Of a DNA stretch of 45,436 nucleotides, positions 28,677-37,837 are shown in pieces (position 1 is the first letter of the stretch; each line of letters begins with the position of its first letter). Both the position numbers and the translations under genes were made by a program. Origin of the DNA: Candidatus Dojkabacteria bacterium. Its GTDB lineage: Bacteria > Patescibacteriota > Dojkabacteria > JAOAGR01. The stretch lies in contig AP026679.1 in assembly GCA_025999155.1 (NCBI GenBank), positions 466,699-512,134 on the forward strand. Direction: 5' to 3'. The notes below the pieces were generated by a model that saw nothing but the letters and a program-made list of their open reading frames with translations, was not told the origin of the DNA and ran no database searches.

Positions 28677-29944
28677 ATGAAATTTTAAAAAGAAAAATTA
28701 GCAATTATTGGCGGACCAAAGACTATTAAAATAAAACCTCCACATTTTGTTTGGCCAACAATAAACAGAAAAGTAGAAAAAGCGGTTATCAAACAACTTT
28801 ATGAAAGCATTTCCATTTACTATAGAAGTTGTATTTTAAAAGACTTTGAGGATGCTTTTGCTAAATATCATCAAAAAAAATATGCGCTTTTATGTAGTTC
28901 CGGAACAGTAGCTATTCATTCGATGTTTGTTGCTGCTGGATTTAAAGAAGGAGACGAAGTAATTTGTCCAGTTTATACTTTCTTTGCTACTGTTACTCCT
29001 CTTTTATTTACCGGTGCCAAACCAGTTTTTTGCGATATTGATGAAAACGGAAATATCGACCCTCAAGAAATCAAAAAGAAAATTACTTCAAAGACAAGAG
29101 GGGTAATTGTAACTCATATGTGGGGTATCCCTTGCAAAATGGATGAAATTGTTAAAATTTGTAAAGAGAATAATTTATTATTGTGAGAAGATTGTTCTCA
29201 TGCTCACGGTGCAAAATATAAGGGAAAGCTTGTTGGTACTTTCGGCGATTTAGCGGCTTGGAGCCTCCAAGGGCCAAAAATTTAAGTGGTGGAGAAGGAG
29301 GAATTTTAGTTGCCGATAATAAAGAATTTTATTATCGGTCCTTACTTTTGGGACATTATAATAAGCGTTGTAAAGAAGAAATTCCTAAAGACCACCCATT
29401 TTATAAATATGCTGTAACAGGGATGGGTTTAAAATATCGTGCTCATCCTCTCGCGATTACGATAGCTTATCCAATATTTAAAAATTTAGAGAAATATTTA
29501 CGCCTCAAAAGGTTATTTGCTAATAAAATGATTAAAGCATTGAAAGAGGAGCGTGGGATTTTACTACCTCTAGCTTTTTTTGATTCTAAAATTGAACCTG
29601 CTTGGTATGGCTTTGTATTTCAATATAGACCAGAGGAGCTTGATAATCTTCCTATTGAAAAATTTTTTAAAGCATTGCAAGCAGAAGGTTTAAGCGAAGT
29701 TGATAGACCGGGTTCTACTTGTCCTTTAAATCTTTTACCTCTTTTCCAAAATCCGACTGAATTATTTCCTGTTTACAAAAAGCACGATTTTTCTTATAAA
29801 ACTGGCGATTTTCCAAAAGCAGAAAAGTTTTATCAAAATGCCATCAAGTTGCCTGTATGGGCGTCTAAAAATGATTTAAAATTTGTAAATTTATATATCA
29901 GAGGGATAAAAAAGGTGATAAGAAATTACCGTAATTTATTATGA
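28677..29944 (+). pseudogene. DegT/DnrJ/EryC1/StrS-type PLP sugar aminotransferase, disrupted by three lesions
   Basis: Manual translation: MKF*KEKLAIIGGPKTIK...SSGTVAIHSMF...THMWGIPCKMDEIVKICKENNLLL*EDCSHAHGAKYKGKLVGTFGDLAAWSLQG, then a 1-nt frameshift, then KNLSGGEGGILVA... Lesions: in-frame TAA at 28686-28688, in-frame TGA at 29184-29186, and a frameshift around 29273-29282 just before the expected PLP-lysine (KNLSGGEGG). Confidence 0.75.
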
Positions 29945-30459
29945 GCCATAAACCAATTATTCAAAAAGTAGTTTTAGCCGCAGTAATAATAAAAAATGAC
30001 AAAGTATTAATTCTTCAGCGCCATAAAGACGAGAATATTTTTCCAAATATGTGGGAACTTCCAAGTGGAAAAAAAGAACCTTTAGAAACTTCTGAAAGTT
30101 GTCTACTTCGAGAAGTAAAAGAAGAAACGGGATTGGATATAAAAATTATTATGCCTTTTTTTGTTTTTGACTATCAAATTGAAAAACCAGAAGAAATACT
30201 AGACTCTACTCAAATAAATTTTTTAGTAACGCCTATAGGCAATAATAAAAAGGTAAAGTTAAGTTCAGAGCATCAAAATTTCACCTGGATTCGAGAAAAC
30301 GAAATTAACCAATACGAAATGTCAAAGGAAACAAAACAAGTTATTAAAAAGGCCATTGAATTAATACAAAAATTGAAACGAAAAAATCTGGTAAAAAACT
30401 ATTCCGGTGAATTATTTTCGGTTGAGTATATAAGGGACAGACGCAATTGGCAAGACTAA
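29941..30459 (+). CDS. Nudix hydrolase
   Basis: Complete Nudix box GKKEPLETSESCLLREVKEETGL (GX5EX7REUXEEXGU). The ATG overlaps the aminotransferase stop (ATGA). Confidence 0.85.
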   Translation: MSHKPIIQKVVLAAVIIKNDKVLILQRHKDENIFPNMWELPSGKKEPLETSESCLLREVKEETGLDIKIIMPFFVFDYQIEKPEEILDSTQINFLVTPIGNNKKVKLSSEHQNFTWIRENEINQYEMSKETKQVIKKAIELIQKLKRKNLVKNYSGELFSVEYIRDRRNWQD

Positions 30460-30630
30460 GTTATTAGAATAGATTGAAAAGTTTTGAAGGAATCAAAAAA
30501 ATAAATTATGGTCGTATAGGAATTTTCCAGTTCTTCATTGTGTGATTTAATAAAAGACGTTCTTTTATTTTAGAAATAGACTTCATTACCCTTTTACTGA
30601 AAATTTATTACTTTGTGTCGATTTTGTTTA

Positions 30631-31011
30631 TTAGTTTGAACAAGTATTATTGAAAAATACTGGGGAGAAAAAGTTATTGATTATTTCTGCTAAAGGACTG
30701 CATTTATAACTTATCAGCTTTCAATAGTCAATCATCAATCGAGCATCTGTGAATAATGTTAACCCGGATAAATGGTTTAGAGAAATTTTAAAACCAATAA
30801 ATAAACCTCATGGTGTAATTCTTTTAACTTCGCCAATTAACCAAACAATACAGAAGATACGCTGAATTTCTTGTTTTGGTCTTTGCATTGTGATGCATCC
30901 TTTTATAGGTCCAAACAGCCAATACACAGGAGGAGAAAATTGTTTGCAAATTATCAATTCATTATCACAATTTTTATTTCTTTTGCAGATTTTTCCTTCC
31001 AGATTTATGAA
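30631..31011 (-). pseudogene. Possible relic ORF: 127 codons free of TAA/TAG but containing two in-frame TGA
   Basis: Manual minus-strand translation: FINLEGKICKRNKNCDNELIICKQFSPPVYWLFGPIKGCITMQRPKQEIQRIFCIVWLIGEVKRITP*GLFIGFKISLNHLSGLTLFTDARLMIDY*KLISYKCSPLAEIINNFFSPVFFNNTCSN. The TGAs are at 30808-30810 and 30721-30723. No family was recognised. Confidence 0.3.
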
Positions 31012-31146
31012 TTAAATTTTGTAAAATAAAAGATAAAGTTTGAAACGGTTTAGTTTGAGCACCACAAATACATTTTTTCTCCAAGCAAATCAAAGAACAT
31101 TGTGCAGCCTGTCATAATTTATAATTTTTATTATTCGGTTACGAAT

Positions 31147-32445
31147 TTATTCATTACTTTGTTTGCTGATTTTAAGGTCAAATGTTGGGAGGTTTTCGTG
31201 ACTAGATCTCATTGTATTATCTAGGCTATGTGTAAGTGTATGATTTTTCAATATCTTTCTTTTGTCGTTAAAATAAACTATAGTGATTATAATTCCATAG
31301 ATAATAGTTAAAACAAGGGCTACTAATAGAGCAATATTCAAGGAGTTTTTATTATCATCTTTATTTTGATTTGTATCAGAAGCAGTTGGCGTCAATGTAA
31401 CATTATTTTGGTCCTTTTCCACTTTATAAGTGCTAGTTACAATATTACCAGCTTGGTCTTTAGCTTGTATTATTATTTCTTTAGCGTTGTTTGGTATCGT
31501 TACTTCAGAATTTTGTTCTCCTAATTCTTGACCATCTACGATTACATAATATTTTAATTTTGATTCGGTATTATCGTGAGTTGAAAAATATAATTTATAT
31601 GTACCATCTTCTTTTTGTATTAGTGTTGGAGTAAAAGGATTTGGGGGAGTACTATCTATCCTGATCGCGAAATGAGTAGTTGGCCCCCATCCAACACTAT
31701 TCTTTGCTCGAATATGAAAATAATTGATACCATCAGGGACTTGATTGTATGTAATAGTATCAATGGTACCGTTGATTTCTTCGCCTGGTATTGTATCTGG
31801 TGATGCATCTAATAGATAACTAAACCCGACAACATCAACATCTTTTTTCCAGTTTAGAATTACTGTATTAGATTGATACCACTCATCTTGATTCGTATGA
31901 GTGGTAGAGGATACTTCTACTGCATTAGGCAAAGGTTTTGGCGTTGGGGTTGGAGTCGCTGTAGGAGTTGGTTGAGGCCTTATGATATTAAAAGATCTAC
32001 TTCCACTACCATTTTCAGATCCGGCACCAAGTCCGGTCCCATCAATCTTTCCAGATACTGTTATTGATCCAGTTGTTGCCTTATTTGGGGCTCTTAAATT
32101 TATTGTTAAGACTGGTTTTGATCCCGATGCTGAGCTACCTAATAAAGCACCAGCAAAGGATATAGTATTACCAGCTACAGAGGGACCCGAGACGGCAGTC
32201 CAACCTGGACCTACACTGGTTCCCACATATGTAAATTCTGTAAACGTTACATTTAAATCTACAGCATTATAAGCTGCATCTCTATTAGCTGATATTGTGA
32301 TAGTGACATTTTGTCCGGTGTTGATCGTTGATGGACCTAATATTATAAAACTTGCTGCAGCTTTAACATCCGTGTTTAGTAAGATTGAGGCCCCGGTAAT
32401 TGAAAGTAAGCATATAAATATTGTAAGAGTTTTTCGTATTAACAT
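31147..32445 (-). CDS. Membrane-anchored surface protein with an N-terminal cohesin-like domain
   Basis: Signal peptide MLIRKTLTIFICLLSITGASILL. Cohesin-like beta-sandwich pattern: GQNVTITISANRDAAYNAVDLNVTFTEFTYVG...ISFAGALLG...VLTINLRAPNKATTGSITVSG. PT linker PTPTATPTPTPKP (about 31924-31977). Two Ig-like domains ending in IDSTPP. C-terminal TM IALLVALVLTIIYGIIITIVYF plus a cytoplasmic tail. Starts 4 nt downstream of the protease gene. Confidence 0.6.
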   Translation of the reverse strand: MLIRKTLTIFICLLSITGASILLNTDVKAAASFIILGPSTINTGQNVTITISANRDAAYNAVDLNVTFTEFTYVGTSVGPGWTAVSGPSVAGNTISFAGALLGSSASGSKPVLTINLRAPNKATTGSITVSGKIDGTGLGAGSENGSGSRSFNIIRPQPTPTATPTPTPKPLPNAVEVSSTTHTNQDEWYQSNTVILNWKKDVDVVGFSYLLDASPDTIPGEEINGTIDTITYNQVPDGINYFHIRAKNSVGWGPTTHFAIRIDSTPPNPFTPTLIQKEDGTYKLYFSTHDNTESKLKYYVIVDGQELGEQNSEVTIPNNAKEIIIQAKDQAGNIVTSTYKVEKDQNNVTLTPTASDTNQNKDDNKNSLNIALLVALVLTIIYGIIITIVYFNDKRKILKNHTLTHSLDNTMRSSHENLPTFDLKISKQSNE

Positions 32446-32449
32446 AGTT

Positions 32450-34996
32450 TTACAGATCAGTCTTTTGCCAATTTGCTGCGAGTATACTGAGATCTGACAA
32501 ATTTGTCACATTATCTGAGTTTGTGTCCGATTGTGGATTATTTTTATTCCAGTTTGCAGCGAGAATACTAAGATCACTAATATTGACTATATTGTCACAA
32601 TTAAAATCTGCCTTGGATCTACGTCTATCACAAAGGTAAGTGATCACAAAAGTACGAGAAGACTCTCTTATGTTACCGGCTTTGTCTATAGCTTGTATGG
32701 TAACGTTGTAGTTACCATCTGGCAGAGAGTTAAGTGTGTGTGGAGAAGATACATTTTGAAAGTTGCTACCGTTTACAGAAATTCGATAATTATCAATACC
32801 TGATATGTTATCTGTAGTCGCAAACGTTAATTCAGCGTTATTATTATTGATAGTTACATTTATGTTAAAAGATTCCGGAGGAGTTGCGTCTAGGTACAGA
32901 GTAAATTTATTTGTATCTCGAATGTTGCCTGCTGCATCCTTTGATCTAACAAACCACTCATAAATACCTTCAGCAAGATTAGTATTGGGCGTAAAAGTGT
33001 TACTTTGCAAATTAGTAAAAACTGGATTGTTGTCTAAATAAATCTCATAAGTTAATCCTGGGTGGTTATCTATTGATTCGGACCAATGAAATGATGGCTT
33101 TAATTCTTTTGTTGCGAGACCATTTGATGGACTTATTATAGAAAAATTTGAAGGAGGAGTTCTATCTATTACGATATTAGTCGCTGTCGCTGTTGAAACG
33201 TTTCCATAAAAATCTTCTACTCTTAAAATTATGTTGTAAGTGCCTTCAGGTAATATTGTAGAATCGACTGACATTAATAAACCAGAGCTAACAGACCCTC
33301 TACCTGCAAATTGTCTAATTATCTCTCCGGATGAGATTGATTGGAAAGATATAGTGTATAAGTAAATATCATCATCCGATGCACTCCCCGTGATGTTAAT
33401 TTGACTTTTATGAAAAGTGTCGGATAAGCCTGTGATTGATGCTGTCGGCGGTGTAGTGTCTACTGGCATATCTGGATACTCAAGCGATTCTTTTGCCCTC
33501 ATTTTTCCAAATCCGGTTTCATTATCGAATCCTGTAGTATTTAAGTCTAAAACTCCTTTGATTAACGCATATCGCACCTCTTTAGCTGTCCATGTGGGAT
33601 GTAATGAAAATATAAGACCAGCAAGACCTGAAACATGTGGAGTAGACATAGATGTTCCGGAAACTGGTTGATAGTTCGTAGAAATAGTATTACCCCCTGT
33701 AGTTAGTATAATTTGTCCATATGACGTTATATCAATTCTTTTTCCATGATTAGAAAAGTAAGATTTGTTATCATTGTAATCTATCGATCCGATGCTTAAA
33801 GCTCTAGTACAACCACTAGGGTAGTACTTGGATGCATCATCATTGTCATTACCTGCAGCAGATACAACAAGTACCCCGTTATCCCATGCATAATCTACAG
33901 CGTCTTGTAGGATTTGCGAATAACCTTCTCCACCCAAACTTAAGTTTATAACTTTTGCTCCATTATCTACAGCATAATGTATAGCCGCAACTATATCTAA
34001 ATCATACGAATCTCCAGCATCATTAACTACTTTTATAGACATTATTTTGCAAGACCAACATATACTAGCTATGCCTATATTGTTATTACTTACTGCAGCA
34101 CCTATTATTCCAGCGACAAAAGTACCGTGCCCAAAAGTATCATGTATATTTGCATCTGCTGGTTCACTAACTAAATTTACACCGAATATGTCGTCTTTGT
34201 AGCCATTAGGAGGGGAATTATCATCATTATCGTTAAGAATAGGCGAACCTGGTGATATTATGTCTATGTAATTTATAGTACTATTACCATCAACATCTAA
34301 GTTGTTTGTTAGAAAGTAGTTTATTAGTTCTTGACTATCTACTTGATTATCTGAGTTTGAGTCTATACTGGGAAATAATGCCGTTGGGATTTCTTCTTGA
34401 TTTATCCATAGATTAGTGTGGCCCCAAGTAGTAGGCCCTTGTTTATTAACTATGTCGGGACGCTTAAGATTTATTCCTGAATCTATTACCGCTATAATCG
34501 TGTCAGGAGACCCTGTTGTTATATTCCATGCTGAATTGCTGTCTGATAATGGAGTAAATCCTGAACTTCTGAGATTCCATTGATCGTATTTACCGGATAA
34601 AAAAGTATTTTGAGAGTTAAAATATGGATCATTAGGTGACGATGATACTCGTCGTAAGAAATTTTTATACACACCTAAAACTTTATAATTTTTTTGTAAT
34701 TTAAGTAGTTCTTCTGTATTAGATGCTTTTAATAAGTACCAATCATTATCAGATACATTCAAAACAGTTTTTAGGTTAGTATCATGAATATTTTTATCCG
34801 CCTTTTTCTCTATTTTTACTATATATCCGTCGAATTTTACTTTATCGGTGGGACTTGGTTGTAGGAACGTATTAAAATTATTAGGATTATTTAATGTGTT
34901 TATTGACGCAAAAGTAGCATTATTAAAATTATTAACAGGGTACACTAAAGCAATAAGACATATTATTACATTCAATATGTTTCGTAATAAGGCCAT
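32450..34996 (-). CDS. Secreted subtilisin-like (S8) serine protease with Ig-like domains and a C-terminal dockerin-like module
   Basis: Catalytic triad contexts AVIDSGIN (Asp), HGTFVAGIIGA (His) and SGTSMSTPHVSGLAGLI (Ser). The signal peptide starts from the ATG at 34996 (MALLRNILNVIICLIALVYP). Three domains are bounded by DTTPP / DRTPP / DATPP. The C-terminus has a duplicated Ca-loop plus helix, DFNCDNIVNISDLSILAANW and DTNSDNVTNLSDLSILAANW (about 32453-32640). Confidence 0.85.
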   Translation of the reverse strand: MALLRNILNVIICLIALVYPVNNFNNATFASINTLNNPNNFNTFLQPSPTDKVKFDGYIVKIEKKADKNIHDTNLKTVLNVSDNDWYLLKASNTEELLKLQKNYKVLGVYKNFLRRVSSSPNDPYFNSQNTFLSGKYDQWNLRSSGFTPLSDSNSAWNITTGSPDTIIAVIDSGINLKRPDIVNKQGPTTWGHTNLWINQEEIPTALFPSIDSNSDNQVDSQELINYFLTNNLDVDGNSTINYIDIISPGSPILNDNDDNSPPNGYKDDIFGVNLVSEPADANIHDTFGHGTFVAGIIGAAVSNNNIGIASICWSCKIMSIKVVNDAGDSYDLDIVAAIHYAVDNGAKVINLSLGGEGYSQILQDAVDYAWDNGVLVVSAAGNDNDDASKYYPSGCTRALSIGSIDYNDNKSYFSNHGKRIDITSYGQIILTTGGNTISTNYQPVSGTSMSTPHVSGLAGLIFSLHPTWTAKEVRYALIKGVLDLNTTGFDNETGFGKMRAKESLEYPDMPVDTTPPTASITGLSDTFHKSQINITGSASDDDIYLYTISFQSISSGEIIRQFAGRGSVSSGLLMSVDSTILPEGTYNIILRVEDFYGNVSTATATNIVIDRTPPSNFSIISPSNGLATKELKPSFHWSESIDNHPGLTYEIYLDNNPVFTNLQSNTFTPNTNLAEGIYEWFVRSKDAAGNIRDTNKFTLYLDATPPESFNINVTINNNNAELTFATTDNISGIDNYRISVNGSNFQNVSSPHTLNSLPDGNYNVTIQAIDKAGNIRESSRTFVITYLCDRRRSKADFNCDNIVNISDLSILAANWNKNNPQSDTNSDNVTNLSDLSILAANWQKTDL

Positions 34997-35067
34997 TATA
35001 TCTTCGTCATTATAACATTGTAAAAATTTTGTTTCAATCAAGGATTTTTTTATATATACTTGCTCGT

Positions 35068-36141
35068 ATGAATCAGAAGCCAAGTGATTATTTATTTTTA
35101 GACTCTGATAAGTTTATAAAAGATCTACAATTTGAGCTATGCAATGACATTAAACGAGTTGTTTTCATATATTTTAGATTAGTACATCAAGATTATTTTA
35201 AGAAAATATATCCTTTACTACTTTTTGCGCTCGAACATGGGGCCAAGGTAGAATTTTATTTGGATGGTATTTTTTCTAAGTCAAATCTAGTAAGTGGTCT
35301 ATTATTACCTCCGATTTTTGGGCGTCGTCGTAAAAAACAAGCAAAAGCATCAAGAGCACTACAAAAAGCATTTGATAATTTATCAAAACGAGGGGCTAAA
35401 ATTAATTACTTTAATATACCACAGAATTTTTTGAAAAAATTTTTACTGCAATTCTCTGGAAGAGATCACCGTAAATTTGTTTATGTAGAAAAAAATAATG
35501 GTAAATCTATTACGTATTTTGGGGCGTGTAATTTAGTTAGGTCGGGCACACATGATTTTATGATCAAAATACTGGATTCTGATTTGAGTCATCGATTACT
35601 TGTTGAGAATTTGAATGTATGGCATAACCCTTGTACAGAAGATAAAGTTATAGAAGTATCGGATGAAAAGCGAATTTTGATTGATTCTGGTGCTATATTT
35701 CAGTCTGTAATTTGGAAGACCGGAATTAGTAATATCCGTAATGCTAGAAATAATATTATTTTTGTATCACAAATTCCTCCAGAACCTCCATTATTATACG
35801 AATTTTTTCTTGCTCGTATGAGAGGAGTAAAAGTTCAGATTCTCATTCCTGCATTTAAGCATAAAAATATCTCGAGTTTCCCATACATAATAGCATTTTT
35901 ACTAGCCAGATTAGTGTGTAGTATACTTAGTATACAGCTAATACATGTTAAGCCTGGTTATACACATGCAAAAATTCTGATTTGTGATAATCGTGTCATT
36001 TTAGGATCACATAATATGTCATTTATTGGGGTGGCTGCTGGAACTATTGAGATGAGTATTGATACGAGTGATGCTAATCTATTGAATGCTGCTTTGCGGT
36101 TTACGCATAGATTGCGTGGTTTTGCAAACGGGTTTCACTAA
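35068..36141 (+). CDS. Phospholipase D superfamily protein (two HKD motifs; cardiolipin/phosphatidyl-transferase-like)
   Basis: HKD-like motif 1 is HRKFVYVE...GACN. Motif 2 is the canonical HAKILICDNRVILGSHN. The ATG at 35068 is preferred over the TTG at 35029, which would overlap the protease start. Confidence 0.7.
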   Translation: MNQKPSDYLFLDSDKFIKDLQFELCNDIKRVVFIYFRLVHQDYFKKIYPLLLFALEHGAKVEFYLDGIFSKSNLVSGLLLPPIFGRRRKKQAKASRALQKAFDNLSKRGAKINYFNIPQNFLKKFLLQFSGRDHRKFVYVEKNNGKSITYFGACNLVRSGTHDFMIKILDSDLSHRLLVENLNVWHNPCTEDKVIEVSDEKRILIDSGAIFQSVIWKTGISNIRNARNNIIFVSQIPPEPPLLYEFFLARMRGVKVQILIPAFKHKNISSFPYIIAFLLARLVCSILSIQLIHVKPGYTHAKILICDNRVILGSHNMSFIGVAAGTIEMSIDTSDANLLNAALRFTHRLRGFANGFH

Positions 36142-36147
36142 CTTATA

Positions 36148-36777
36148 ATGCAGCACAAAGGTAAATTGAAAGAAAAAGTATTCATATTTGATTTCGATGG
36201 TACGATAATCGATTCGATTGACGATATTGTATTTATACTATCAAAATATATACCTAATCTTACAAGAAACACATTAAGACAAATACTGGTGGATGTATAT
36301 ATTCGTCATAGTACTTCTGCCCTTTTCAAAATGTTTTATGCTGAAATTTTGATTTTTTTGCATGTCAATCAGGTTTTAAAGAATATAGTTGAAGATACTG
36401 GTAAACTGCCATTAATTCATGATATTCAAGATGTTCTAATTGATTTACATAAAAATGGAGTTAAGCTTTTTGTTGTAAGTTCGAATTTTACAAAGAATAT
36501 TCAGGATTATTTGATATCAAAAAATTTAGATGTTTTTGAGAGAGTAGAGGGCATTGGCATAATATTCGGTAAAGCACGATATATAAAAGCTATTGCAAAC
36601 ACATATTCAGACAGTGATATTTATTATATTGGAGATGACATAAGAGACGTATTAGCTGCAAAAAAAGCGTGCGTCAAGTCCGTTGCTGTCACCTGGGGAT
36701 TAAGTACTAAAGAAGACTTTCAATATGTAGATCCGGATTATATTGTTGATCAACCAACTGATTTACTAAGAATTTGA
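36148..36777 (+). CDS. HAD-superfamily phosphatase (phosphoglycolate phosphatase-like)
   Basis: Motif I FIFDFDGTIIDS, motif II VVSSN, motif III/IV K...YYIGDDIRDVLAAKKA. Confidence 0.75.
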   Translation: MQHKGKLKEKVFIFDFDGTIIDSIDDIVFILSKYIPNLTRNTLRQILVDVYIRHSTSALFKMFYAEILIFLHVNQVLKNIVEDTGKLPLIHDIQDVLIDLHKNGVKLFVVSSNFTKNIQDYLISKNLDVFERVEGIGIIFGKARYIKAIANTYSDSDIYYIGDDIRDVLAAKKACVKSVAVTWGLSTKEDFQYVDPDYIVDQPTDLLRI

Positions 36778-37722
36778 TTCCCTACATTTTTTTATCAGAT
36801 ATTGAATTACAATGTCTGCTATATTTACGCCGCTGTAATATGAAGTAAGCGTTATTTGAGGTGATAGATTAACTTCTAAGATATAAAATTTACCTGATTT
36901 TCGGTCTTGAATTATATCAACTCCTGCAAATTCTATCTTCAATGTCTTTGCAGCTTTTATTGCCATCTCTTTTAATTCCTGGGGTATTTCAACAGGGATA
37001 GCTGCTGCTCCTTTACTCATATTAGATACAATAGAGTCTTTTGGTCTGATCTTGAAAATTGAAGCTATTACTTCATCCCCTAATACGACTATACGATAAT
37101 CACCATCATTATCGATAAATTCTTGAAAAATATTTGGGTAAAAAATCGGTAAATTATAATTTTGCAGGAAACCTAGCAAATCTTCTCTTGTCCTAAATAA
37201 ATACGTGTCTCGGCCTTTTGATCCATCTGCAGGCTTGAGAAATAGTGGAAAATGTAATTTATCTATATTTTTTAGAACTTGGTCTTTGCGGAAAAAAGCA
37301 TAAGTAGGGATAATTGGTAATCCTGCTTGCATAAGTGTATAAGCTTGTATTACTTTTGTGTTGGTCTGTGATCCACTGATAATGAAACTATCAAATACTG
37401 GCTTACCTAATCTATAGTATATATGACTTGCAATCGTACAAAGTTCCGCAAATATACGCACTTTAGTATTTGATGCTTTGTGAATTAATTCTGAAATATC
37501 CCTAAAAATAAATAAATCCTGTTCTTGTATATCCACATCGTTACCTGATACACTAAAACCCGAGTTATTATCTATACTCAAAATTATTTTGCCTTTTGGG
37601 ATATTATTCAAGATTACATTAGCCTTTTTTGCTGCTTTTACTAATAAAGTAATGGAATTATCTTCTTCTGTTTTCTGGTTCGTTTTACTTCCTATAAGAC
37701 AAAATTTTAACTTTTTTGACAT
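36766..37722 (-). CDS. ATP-grasp ligase, RimK-like (divergent paralog 1)
   Basis: PLFLKPADGSKGRDTYLF, GDYRIVVLGDEVIASIFK and FAGVDIIQDRKSGKFYILEVNLSPQ fit the RimK/ATP-grasp pattern. Confidence 0.7.
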   Translation of the reverse strand: MSKKLKFCLIGSKTNQKTEEDNSITLLVKAAKKANVILNNIPKGKIILSIDNNSGFSVSGNDVDIQEQDLFIFRDISELIHKASNTKVRIFAELCTIASHIYYRLGKPVFDSFIISGSQTNTKVIQAYTLMQAGLPIIPTYAFFRKDQVLKNIDKLHFPLFLKPADGSKGRDTYLFRTREDLLGFLQNYNLPIFYPNIFQEFIDNDGDYRIVVLGDEVIASIFKIRPKDSIVSNMSKGAAAIPVEIPQELKEMAIKAAKTLKIEFAGVDIIQDRKSGKFYILEVNLSPQITLTSYYSGVNIADIVIQYLIKKCRESNS

Positions 37723-37837
37723 AATTTTTAAGGAAAATTTTAGTTTATATGAACAAAAGTTTGAAAATATAAATTTTTAAATATCGAGTAAAATAAATCA
37801 TATCTATATCGTGGATTTTATTATATAATTGCTTATT

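Noticed and set aside
29184-29186. TGA recoding (genetic code 4 or 25) in the host genome, suggested by in-frame TGAs in the aminotransferase gene and the relic frame
   Set aside because: Core genes terminate correctly at TGA: tuf at 12426-12428 after the conserved ...TKIIE end, plus rplC, rplP and infA. The aminotransferase also has a TAA and a frameshift. The host therefore uses the standard code, and a recoded donor remains only a hypothesis for the island.
31873-33671. + strand ORFs 31873-32067, 31982-32272, 32297-32497, 32531-32803 and 33417-33671
   Set aside because: They are antisense shadows of the cohesin-like and S8 protease genes.
35029-35083. 55-nt overlap of divergent protease and PLD ORFs, as a possible overlapping-gene arrangement
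   Set aside because: It is an artefact of taking the longest ORFs. Using the ATG starts that give a proper signal peptide (34996) and avoid the TTG (35068) leaves a 71-bp divergent intergenic region.
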